Shown one piece after another: positions 48,633 to 56,769 of a DNA stretch of 64,000 nucleotides. Position 1 is the first letter of the stretch, and every line of letters begins with the position of its first letter. A model generated the notes under the pieces. It did no database searches. It was not told the DNA's origin and saw nothing but the letters and a program-made list of their open reading frames with translations. The stretch is from Candidatus Amesbacteria bacterium GW2011_GWB1_47_19 (GTDB taxonomy: Bacteria > Patescibacteriota > Microgenomatia > CAZETR01 > Amesbacteraceae). A program made the position numbers and the translations under genes. The stretch covers positions 67,773 through 131,772 of the forward strand of contig LCNZ01000001.1 in NCBI GenBank assembly GCA_001002325.1. The letters run 5' to 3'.

Positions 48633-50258
48633 TCACGAGCCGGCTTTTTTACCCCAACCGGAGATTGTATTAGAGAAGCTTCTCGCGGCTTTGGCAGCCG
48701 ATTCCAGGGAGGACGCGGCTTGTTTGTCAGCCGGTAAACCTCCTGCTCCAATTTGACCCGCGGCATACTCAAGCGATGAGGCACCTAAACCAACACCTTT
48801 AGAGGGAAGGAGAAAGGCGGGGCCGAGGGCTTGGCCAATGGCTGTGCCGTATTTGAATTGCGGAGCTTTGAGGGCGTCGCGGACCATTTCAGCCGCTTTG
48901 GGAATAAGAGCAAGAATGGCGTAACCCATGACGAAAGAAAAAAGGAAACCGACTGTACCGACAAAAGGCAGAGAAGGCCAGCCCGAAGTAGTCAGGCCGG
49001 TATTTACGGTACAGCCGAGTGGGGTGAGGCGCCATGTTGTACCGGAAAAAGCGGCGAGAATAGCATCGATAATTGTCCGAATGGGAGCAGGAAACGGAAT
49101 TAGGGAACAAAGAGGTTGCCAAAAAAGCATATTCAGAAGCAGCATGAGGGGGACGACAACAAAGACAGCGGCATTGGCAATTAAATTTCTGAACCAGGCG
49201 CCGAATCCCTGGTTGCCGGGAAGAAGCCCGAGCATAATCTGCCAGGGACCGACAATAATAAGAAACATCAAGGTGAGGTAAGTCTTAAGAAGCATCCAGA
49301 AGACGCGCAACAGCAGCCAACTGATGAGGACGATGAGGACGATGCTGATGAGCGTAAGAACGGGAAGGATAAAGTTTAGGAGAGGAATGAAGATGGAAAA
49401 GCCGCCTGCTGCACTAACGAGGATAAATGGAAGCATATAGTATGCAAGGACAACTGCGAAGCCACCGGTGGCAAAAAAGCGGATAGAACTACCCATAAAG
49501 GCTGCCCCAAAAACTCCACTGTAGCTTAAAGCCCCCAACACCAGGGTGATGATCACAAAAATGGAATCCAGGACCAGACCGGCAATTGCGTAGGAGAAAG
49601 TGACTAAAAGCAAAGTAATAATAATTTTGGGTATCATGAGCTGAACGGAGATGGCAGTCTGGGGATTGATCTTGACCCGGAACATGATCATGAATGCGGC
49701 GGCGACAAGGATGACAATCATGAGCAGATAGACGATATTCCTGGAGGTAGCCCAGAGCCGATTGATAGCTGATAGGCTGGTGAAACCATATCCCTGGGCG
49801 TGGGCAGGGGAAGCTATGGAGAATTTGGCCAGGCTATTGCTGATATCTTCAATGCCGGAAGCGGGAAGATTGGTATAAATTCCTGATATTCCAGCCATAG
49901 CCAAACCCGGTATGCCAAGAGCGGCATAATTTTGTAGGGAGGGGGATTCCTGAGATAAAAGTTGCCGGAGAAAATCAATGATTTCACTTGACTCGTCCAG
50001 TCCGGCCGTAGGGTTGAGGATGAGATATAGACTGTCCAGGATCCAGACCACCTGGGCATAGGTGTAACGTTCTCCAAAAATGGCGTCCTGTGGATCCGCG
50101 GTAACTTTCTGGCCGAACTCTTCGGGGGAGGGGTTATACCAGGGAGTGGCAGCGGCGGCGTGCGGAGTGAACGTTGAGAGTAATAGCGTAAAAGAATACA
50201 AGAGGACTAGAAATGTGAAAGATGCCTTTTTTATGAAAGAGGACATGTGGTTATACAT
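48633..50258 (-). CDS. VirB6/TrbL-like polytopic membrane protein
   Basis: Signal peptide, W..SRNIVY, AFMIMFRVKI, PKII..LLLVTFSYAIAG, AWFRNLIA; many TMs; T4SS context. Confidence 0.7.
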   Translation of the reverse strand: MYNHMSSFIKKASFTFLVLLYSFTLLLSTFTPHAAAATPWYNPSPEEFGQKVTADPQDAIFGERYTYAQVVWILDSLYLILNPTAGLDESSEIIDFLRQLLSQESPSLQNYAALGIPGLAMAGISGIYTNLPASGIEDISNSLAKFSIASPAHAQGYGFTSLSAINRLWATSRNIVYLLMIVILVAAAFMIMFRVKINPQTAISVQLMIPKIIITLLLVTFSYAIAGLVLDSIFVIITLVLGALSYSGVFGAAFMGSSIRFFATGGFAVVLAYYMLPFILVSAAGGFSIFIPLLNFILPVLTLISIVLIVLISWLLLRVFWMLLKTYLTLMFLIIVGPWQIMLGLLPGNQGFGAWFRNLIANAAVFVVVPLMLLLNMLFWQPLCSLIPFPAPIRTIIDAILAAFSGTTWRLTPLGCTVNTGLTTSGWPSLPFVGTVGFLFSFVMGYAILALIPKAAEMVRDALKAPQFKYGTAIGQALGPAFLLPSKGVGLGASSLEYAAGQIGAGGLPADKQAASSLESAAKAARSFSNTISGWGKKAGS

Positions 50259-50285
50259 TAAATGATTGTATATAGTTTGGCAAGG

Positions 50286-53111
50286 TCAGGGGGCGGGGAA
50301 AGGGCAGCTGCTAATATAATCCCAGGTTGTATTGGTAATATTTTGGGCATACTCATCGGTATCTGCCGTGGGAATACATTTATTTAAGTTTGTATTGTAA
50401 CTAAATTTTGCAGCAAAGACACGAGCCCAGCCGTATTGAATAATTTCAGCGGAACAGGTGGACTTGATTTGTTTAACGAAGTTGATAAAGGCGGTGATCT
50501 GGGCAAGCCAGTTATTATGAGGATAAAAGACCATGCCAAAATCGGAGACGTTTCCGATTTTTAAATAGTTACTGGTATCGCTTTCATTCATCCAAATTAA
50601 TAAAACCAGGGCGGGATTGACTCCGGCCTGATTGGACAGAAAGACTGCATCATTGAAACACTCTTCGGCATAGGGGTACCCTTGGGTGGGAAGGCCGTAC
50701 CAGCGGCGGGCAACGTCGATATAATTTGCGCGGTTGACACAGGCGACAGCTTGAAGAGGGCGGGACTTGTTGCAGTTGATGCCCTTGGTACCGATGGGCG
50801 GGGAGTAGGCGTCGATGATGTCCAATGGACGCCAAAGACGTTGGAAGTTAAGATTTTCGTAAGAAACGGCTCCTCCGAGAAAATGATCAGCCAGACTGCC
50901 GAGGCGGTCAAAGTAAATATCTGCCGGGGCACCACCGGAACCGGAATCCACACGGGGATTGTTGAGATTTGAGGTGCTGCCCGAGTATTGGGCAGTATCC
51001 TGTCCGGGGACGGTAGTTTCGATATCGTGTTCTCCGGTCAGGTAATCGGCACCGGGCCCCAAAATATCCGGTTTCTTGGGTAGGAAACGGCGAAGAAGGG
51101 AATCGGCACCAACAACCAGGGAGTCATAAAGGCGTTCGACCAGAGGCGTTTTAATAAAAACTGAAATGCGGGTATTTGAATTCAACTCCCGACGCGGCCA
51201 GGCTTCACACTTGCCGGGCTCTTCGTCCTGCCATTCGCAAAGGCCGGCTCCGGGGTAAGGGTAATTTTCACAAGCGGATTTGCCGAAAGTCTTGCAGATG
51301 GGGTAGGGACCATAACAGCCCCCCGGCTGATAACCCTGGCATTCACCCCAGCAGCAGATGCGATCCGGGGTGCAACCAGCATTTTCCACGGCGCAGGGCA
51401 GGGGAAAGTCTACCAAATGCTCGGGAGTATATTGGAATACCTGGTGGTAGGTGAGCGTGCTGCCGATGGATGACCCAACCAGATTGTCGCCGGGGCTGGA
51501 CCGGGCATCAGAAAGTTCGCAGGAGGGGGGATCCGGTCTGAACAATGGATTGGGAGCAAGAGCACCGGGGATGACCTCGGTGTTGCGGGTCGGCAGGCCG
51601 CTTTTGAGGTAGTCCGGACGCTGGACGACTGTGGAATCATCGATGCCCTGATGCTCGGAAATGCGTTGGGAAACAAAATCACGGCTGGAGGTATCCGGCA
51701 CACGGGTTGGAGTAGGGGGGAGGGGGAGATAAAAACTTCGACTGATTTCCGTCAGGGCATTACTGGACTTGAGCCCAGGGAAGTAGAGTCGGGAATCGGA
51801 AAGTTCACCGGCATTATCGATTATCAGGGAGGGATTGCGTCCGGGACAACTATTGATCAGGTAACCATCGGAATCAGGTTGGAAAGAAACATCCGGAATG
51901 AAACTAATGGTGCTCTCGCCGGTAACATCTTCACGAGAGGAGTAGGGAACCTGGTACATCATGGCGGAATTAAGGCTAACGCCGTTCAAGCGGACAACCT
52001 TGGCTCCCGGTCCGCCACAATTGACTACTTCATCTAGAATTAAAGCCGAGAGGCAGGTGCGGAGGTTTTGAATGGGCTGGAAGCCAATTTTTAGAAAATC
52101 CTGAACAAATTGGCCATCATTACCGAGGACTGTTAATCCTTCGCGGATGAGGGCTGCCGCAAGGGAGGCAGGTGAGGCGAAATCGGCTTGGGTAATGTGG
52201 GGTATAGCCTGAATAACCTGAATCAGATCCTGGGCTACCATACGGGCGGCAAGGTAGGCTAAACGGGGAAGGGTGAGCAGATTGGAGGCTGCGGCTTTGA
52301 GACAAGTGAGAACGGCGTTGACTATTTGGGCTACGGTGCGGCTTTCGCGGCAGCCGACGATGTAATTGTGATATTGTTTTTCAACGGGGCCGTTTAAAAG
52401 AGCAGTGCGCAGATCCAGCTGCGAGTCCCTGGGTAGAAGCTTATTGACCGGGCCGGAATAAGTATTAAGGCGGACCATTTCGTTCGGGTTATCAGGATTT
52501 AAGGGAATGTGCTCCGAACTTTGGACAGTGCCGCTCAGATACCAGTCGAGGAAGAGGTTGACCTGGACTTCATCGTCCAGATCCTCCTGAGTATTGCTGA
52601 TGATGGGGAACTTGGAGTTTTCCAGACCGACGTTAGTATGCCAGGTGACGGGATGGACCAGACAAACTTGGCCACCACAGAGATAATAATTTTGATAAGC
52701 GAAGGTATCACCGTTGGAATTTTCCAGGTCGGCCGTACAGGGATTGAAAGACTGGCCGATTAGATTTCTGGGAACGACATCAAGGACGGTATAGGAACCG
52801 TGGGTGTTGAGGCTGTTGGCACAGGAAAAAGTGAGGTATTTGTTATCGGCGGCGGCAGGAGCCTCGGGAGTTTTGCGGGGGATGAGAGGATCGCAGGGAG
52901 ATGCGGGATAGGGGCGAAGGGGGTGGAATTCCGGAGAGACGGTCTGGGGGCAATTGGTGATGTTGGTGATATATTTGAGGGGGGTGAAACCAAAGGTGAC
53001 GGGGTCACGGGGAACGGAAAATGTGGGTGTTTGGGCGTGGATAGGAGAGTTAAAGAGCAGAAGAGCGGAAGAGAACAAGAGTGTAAGATTTATTAATATC
53101 CGACGAACCAT
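50286..53111 (-). CDS. Large secreted Cys-rich protein with C-terminal lysozyme/transglycosylase-like segment
   Basis: Signal peptide ending IHA, Cys cluster CAVENAGC..ICCWGEC, GVNPALVLLIWMNES; start 53111 chosen from the upstream TATAAT. Confidence 0.65.
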   Translation of the reverse strand: MVRRILINLTLLFSSALLLFNSPIHAQTPTFSVPRDPVTFGFTPLKYITNITNCPQTVSPEFHPLRPYPASPCDPLIPRKTPEAPAAADNKYLTFSCANSLNTHGSYTVLDVVPRNLIGQSFNPCTADLENSNGDTFAYQNYYLCGGQVCLVHPVTWHTNVGLENSKFPIISNTQEDLDDEVQVNLFLDWYLSGTVQSSEHIPLNPDNPNEMVRLNTYSGPVNKLLPRDSQLDLRTALLNGPVEKQYHNYIVGCRESRTVAQIVNAVLTCLKAAASNLLTLPRLAYLAARMVAQDLIQVIQAIPHITQADFASPASLAAALIREGLTVLGNDGQFVQDFLKIGFQPIQNLRTCLSALILDEVVNCGGPGAKVVRLNGVSLNSAMMYQVPYSSREDVTGESTISFIPDVSFQPDSDGYLINSCPGRNPSLIIDNAGELSDSRLYFPGLKSSNALTEISRSFYLPLPPTPTRVPDTSSRDFVSQRISEHQGIDDSTVVQRPDYLKSGLPTRNTEVIPGALAPNPLFRPDPPSCELSDARSSPGDNLVGSSIGSTLTYHQVFQYTPEHLVDFPLPCAVENAGCTPDRICCWGECQGYQPGGCYGPYPICKTFGKSACENYPYPGAGLCEWQDEEPGKCEAWPRRELNSNTRISVFIKTPLVERLYDSLVVGADSLLRRFLPKKPDILGPGADYLTGEHDIETTVPGQDTAQYSGSTSNLNNPRVDSGSGGAPADIYFDRLGSLADHFLGGAVSYENLNFQRLWRPLDIIDAYSPPIGTKGINCNKSRPLQAVACVNRANYIDVARRWYGLPTQGYPYAEECFNDAVFLSNQAGVNPALVLLIWMNESDTSNYLKIGNVSDFGMVFYPHNNWLAQITAFINFVKQIKSTCSAEIIQYGWARVFAAKFSYNTNLNKCIPTADTDEYAQNITNTTWDYISSCPFPAP

Positions 53112-53158
53112 AAGCATATTATACATATGAAGTGTCCAGCGTCCGAAGTTTGGGGGAA

Positions 53159-53530
53159 TTAGCAGCCGGAGATGATACAAATGGAAAAATTTGTAAAATT
53201 AACGCCCAGAAATTTTCCGGCGAGGCTAAGGATTATCCAGGCGGAAAGCGATACCATCAAACCCAACACGGAATAAGTGATGGTGGATTGGGCACGGGCA
53301 GCGGATTCCTTGTTAGCTCCAGCCGATAGAAACTGGAAACCGCCGATGATCAACATGATCAGGGAGGCGGTTGCGACAAGAGTGAGAAGGGAAGCGAGGA
53401 CCCGACTGAAAACCGTTTCCAGTCCGGTGATTCGGGCGGGAGGGGCAGGGGTAGCGGCGGAAACCTGAGGCACATAGAGTATAAGAGTGGAAGAGTAGAA
53501 GAGTAGAAGTTTTAATTTGGCTTTGGACAT
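53159..53530 (-). CDS. VirB2/TrbC-like pilin
   Basis: Signal peptide, GGFQFLSAGAN...ARAQSTITYSVLGL. Confidence 0.8.
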   Translation of the reverse strand: MSKAKLKLLLFYSSTLILYVPQVSAATPAPPARITGLETVFSRVLASLLTLVATASLIMLIIGGFQFLSAGANKESAARAQSTITYSVLGLMVSLSAWIILSLAGKFLGVNFTNFSICIISGC

Positions 53531-53548
53531 ACGAATATATTAGCACAA

Positions 53549-53577
53549 AAATCACCCCCGGAATCCGGGGGTGATTT
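53549..53577 (-). terminator. Intrinsic terminator after the putative major pilin
   Basis: 13-bp stem AAATCACCCCCGG/CCGGGGGTGATTT, running into a T-tract on the minus strand. Confidence 0.85.
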
Positions 53578-53594
53578 CGCCTAACGCCAGGCTT

Positions 53595-53978
53595 TTAGAT
53601 GTTGTTCAGGTTGAGACTGATAACATCGACGTTAAAGAGGACGCGGATGATGTAAAGAAGGGCGTAGGCCGAGAAAACCACAGCCAAGCCGATAAGGGCG
53701 TTGGTGATTTTTTTCCTGGCCTTTTCCGTACCTTCCTTGTCACCTCCGGCGAGAATCCACTGAATACCTCCCCACAAAAGGAAGATAAATGCGGCAATAC
53801 CGGCTGCGCCCAAGAGAATATTGATGGCTGCCGTGACGTACCTGGTAGGAGTGATATTGGCGATATACGGGTACTTGGTTGAGTTGATGGAGACGTTTTC
53901 TCCGGTGACGGCCAATACACGGCCAGGAAGAGCGGCAGCTCCGGTCAGTACGAGAGCTACTTTTTGTGTTTTACTCAT
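53595..53978 (-). CDS. VirB2/TrbC-like pilin, probable major subunit
   Basis: GGIQWILAGGDKEG.EKARKKITNALIGL; strong SD AAAGGTGGTGA, own TGGTAAACT box and terminator. Confidence 0.85.
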   Translation of the reverse strand: MSKTQKVALVLTGAAALPGRVLAVTGENVSINSTKYPYIANITPTRYVTAAINILLGAAGIAAFIFLLWGGIQWILAGGDKEGTEKARKKITNALIGLAVVFSAYALLYIIRVLFNVDVISLNLNNI

Positions 53979-54047
53979 GCATTACGTCACCACCTTTCGA
54001 GTTGTGGGTTGAGTTTACCATATCTGACGGTTTGAGGAAATCCGAAT

Positions 54048-54437
54048 TCAAATGGTGTTAAGGTTGACGTAGAAGGAGTTTATGTTGAATAAAATCCGAA
54101 CAATGGTGATAAGTGCGTAGGAAGAAAGGACAATGGACAAGCCTACCAAAGCGTGGAGGATGCGTTTGCGGGCCCGCTCAATGCCTTCTTTATCTCCCCC
54201 GGACATGATCCACTGAATACCTCCAACAAGAAGGTAGATAAAGGCAATGATACCGGCGGCACCAAGAAACAGATTAATCCCTGAGGTAACCAGACGCCGG
54301 GGAGTAATGGTGTAGAGTTTGTTGTAGGGAGAGGCGGGATCAATGAGATTGACGTCGGCAGCGGAAGCATGAGAGGAGAAGAGTGTAAGACTAGATGAGT
54401 ATAAGAGAATTAGCGTGTGGAGGAATCTTTTCTTCAT
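54048..54437 (-). CDS. VirB2/TrbC-like pilin
   Basis: GGIQWIMSGGDKEG.ERARKRI..ALVGL; close paralog of 53595-53978. Confidence 0.85.
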   Translation of the reverse strand: MKKRFLHTLILLYSSSLTLFSSHASAADVNLIDPASPYNKLYTITPRRLVTSGINLFLGAAGIIAFIYLLVGGIQWIMSGGDKEGIERARKRILHALVGLSIVLSSYALITIVRILFNINSFYVNLNTI

Positions 54438-54438
54438 A

Positions 54439-54792
54439 TCAGGGGGCGGGAATGTTAAACTTGCGGATATCGACTCCGAATAGCACTTCTACTACGTAGA
54501 GAAAAGCAAAGGCGGAAAATACGATAATAATTCCAATAAAGGCGTTGGTAAGGCGTTTTTGGGCTTTCTGAACAGCCTCTTTATCACCTCCGGCATTTAT
54601 GTATTCATAACCACCACGCAGGAGCATGATAAAAAAGTAAACACCGGCGAAACCAAAGGCGACATTGATCAGATTCCTGAGCATAAGTGAAAGAGCAGCG
54701 CGGCTATTTAAGGTGGTTGAATTGCCTAATTTTCCGTTAAGGGGGGGGTTGTAGAGGCTCTGTGCGAGTAGGGAGAGGACAGGCATAATCAT
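54439..54792 (-). CDS. VirB2/TrbC-like pilin
   Basis: GGYEYINAGGDKEAVQKAQKRLTNAFIG. Confidence 0.85.
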   Translation of the reverse strand: MIMPVLSLLAQSLYNPPLNGKLGNSTTLNSRAALSLMLRNLINVAFGFAGVYFFIMLLRGGYEYINAGGDKEAVQKAQKRLTNAFIGIIIVFSAFAFLYVVEVLFGVDIRKFNIPAP

Positions 54793-55166
54793 GGTCTTAA
54801 ACCCAGAAGTAAAAAGCCGAATCTGAGGATGGGTATACCCAGGAAATACCCGATTACCCCGGTAATGGTAAAAGCCATTACAACGACGAGTAAACCCATA
54901 AAGGCGTTTGTAAGTCGTTTTTGGGCGTCCTGTACTGCCTGTTTGTCGCCTCCGGCATTAATCCACTTATAGCCAGCCATAAAAATCTGAAACAGGAAGT
55001 ATACTCCGGCAATTACTGTCATGAGACCAATGATGTTGGATATAAAATTTGTAAGCTGAGTGGCAGTCTGGGAGGAGGGGGTATTGGGATTGCCCAAAGG
55101 ACCAATGCCGTTGATGGTCCCCAAGTTGATACTGGAAGCAAGTAGTTTGGTGTAAAGGGTGGTCAT
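54789..55166 (-). CDS. VirB2/TrbC-like pilin
   Basis: AGYKWINAGGDKQAVQDAQKRLTNAFMGL; start 55166 follows the upstream stop. Confidence 0.85.
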   Translation of the reverse strand: MTTLYTKLLASSINLGTINGIGPLGNPNTPSSQTATQLTNFISNIIGLMTVIAGVYFLFQIFMAGYKWINAGGDKQAVQDAQKRLTNAFMGLLVVVMAFTITGVIGYFLGIPILRFGFLLLGLRP

Positions 55167-55167
55167 T

Positions 55168-55518
55168 TCAAGGGCCCCAGATTCTGGGACGGAACAGAAT
55201 ATAAGCGTTGGTAGGACCGAAGACAATATATCCTATAGCCCAAGCTATGAGGAATGAAGCGGCAATGATAACCAATCCGAGAACCGACTGCCAGATTTTT
55301 TCCCAAGCCCTGGCGATATTTTTGGGTTCGCTGCCGGCGGTTAAAAAACCCCAGCCGGCCATGATGATATTGAAAAAAGCATAGACGCCTGCAAGGACAA
55401 TCATAAGCTTGACGAGATTGCTGACAAGAACAATAAGCCCCTGGCCTTGGGCGCCGGTATATCTTCCGGGCGAAAGAACTGAAAAAGGGCTGTTAATGCT
55501 GCCAAAGATGCCAAACAT
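55168..55518 (-). CDS. VirB2/TrbC-like pilin
   Basis: AGWGFLTAGSEPKNIARAWEKIWQSVLGL. Confidence 0.8.
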   Translation of the reverse strand: MFGIFGSINSPFSVLSPGRYTGAQGQGLIVLVSNLVKLMIVLAGVYAFFNIIMAGWGFLTAGSEPKNIARAWEKIWQSVLGLVIIAASFLIAWAIGYIVFGPTNAYILFRPRIWGP

Positions 55519-55522
55519 ATGA

Positions 55523-55882
55523 TCAGGTGACGGGTGGATTCATGAAATTAATTCCGGTAACTACTGTCAGTATCTGAAGTATAAAATATGAGGCGATGAC
55601 TAGCAAGAAGCCGAATAGAGCCGAGTTCAAAATACCGCGTTTTTTTGCCAATTCACGGGCATCATCCGGACTACCTCTCTGGAAACGGCCGGACATGACA
55701 ATCATGTTGAAGCCATAATAGATGATAATCAGGAAAAAGATGACAGCGGCGATGACCATGATATTGGGGAGGAGAGTGGAGATTAATGAACCGGGGGTAG
55801 CGGCGACATTTTTTGCTCCGGGGTGAGGTCCGAAAAATGTTCCCGGGATATTGACAACAGCAATGGGGGGAGAAGTGTTCAT
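55523..55882 (-). CDS. VirB2/TrbC-like pilin
   Basis: Two TMs flanking GFNMI...ILNSALFGFL. Confidence 0.75.
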   Translation of the reverse strand: MNTSPPIAVVNIPGTFFGPHPGAKNVAATPGSLISTLLPNIMVIAAVIFFLIIIYYGFNMIVMSGRFQRGSPDDARELAKKRGILNSALFGFLLVIASYFILQILTVVTGINFMNPPVT

Positions 55883-56184
55883 AGAAATAGAATACCAAAT
55901 ACGAAACGGATAACTTGGCCGAGGAAATAAGCACTTAATACAAGCAGCAGGCCGATTAAGGCGTTGAGCATGGTTTTTTGGGAGGCCTGGACCTTGCCGG
56001 GATCACCCAGTGCAGTGAGTGAAGTAAAGGCGGCAATTATAAAGCGGATCAGAAAATAGAAACCGGCGATAGCGATGGCATATAACAGGATGCGGGAAGT
56101 GAGTGTACCCACGAAAGTTACAGAGCTACGGAAGATGGTGGAAGGGCCGGGGATGCCGGAAATCTGGGCAATGGGAGGCTGCAT
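55879..56184 (-). CDS. VirB2/TrbC-like pilin
   Basis: LTALGDPGKVQASQKTMLNALIGL. Confidence 0.8.
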   Translation of the reverse strand: MQPPIAQISGIPGPSTIFRSSVTFVGTLTSRILLYAIAIAGFYFLIRFIIAAFTSLTALGDPGKVQASQKTMLNALIGLLLVLSAYFLGQVIRFVFGILFL

Positions 56185-56190
56185 ATTTGA

Positions 56191-56715
56191 TTAAGGATTA
56201 AAGCCTAATCCTCCAAGGCCGAGGATCTGGACGCCGATAAAATTTAGGATAACAACAGCCATGACGATCAGGGCCAGGGCACCCAGTACATTGACGATTA
56301 TTTCCTGACCAGCCTTGATGCGTTTGGGGTCACCGGCGGCAGTGGCCATAAGAAAACCAGCGTAGACAATGAAAATGAAGGCAATACCACCTCCAACGCC
56401 TACTGCCCAGCGGATGATCTGGTCAATCAGAAGTTTCGGATTTGAAGTTTGGAGACAACCGAGGGCGGTTTTGATGCCTGAATTAGAGTTGGTGGGATTA
56501 CAAAAGCGCGGGTCATTTATGGGGGAGGACCCACTATTTTTGCAACATTTCCACAAAGCAGGACATGTTCCGGCAAGGCTGCCATACCAGCACCTCATAC
56601 CTATTAGTGCGCAGTGACCCCCAGCTTCTTCACAGGTGGCTGCACGGGAGAGGGAGGGAAGGAAGAGAGAAATAAAAATTAAAGAGGCGAGAGAAAGGAT
56701 GAGTTTAGCGGACAT
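56191..56715 (-). CDS. VirB2/TrbC-like pilin with N-terminal beta-defensin-like Cys domain
   Basis: Signal peptide, CEEAGGHC..C..GTC..KCCK, IKTALGC, AGF.MATAAGDPKRIKAGQE. Confidence 0.8.
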   Translation of the reverse strand: MSAKLILSLASLIFISLFLPSLSRAATCEEAGGHCALIGMRCWYGSLAGTCPALWKCCKNSGSSPINDPRFCNPTNSNSGIKTALGCLQTSNPKLLIDQIIRWAVGVGGGIAFIFIVYAGFLMATAAGDPKRIKAGQEIIVNVLGALALIVMAVVILNFIGVQILGLGGLGFNP

Positions 56716-56769
56716 GGATCAAATTGAGTTTAGCATAGAGTGGAATACATTTGTTAGAATTTTAAAGCG

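Noticed and set aside
37310-56715. Integrative conjugative element or pilin shufflon
   Set aside because: No relaxase, integrase, invertase, att repeats or inverted pilin cassettes; all pilins are co-oriented and the locus abuts core genes
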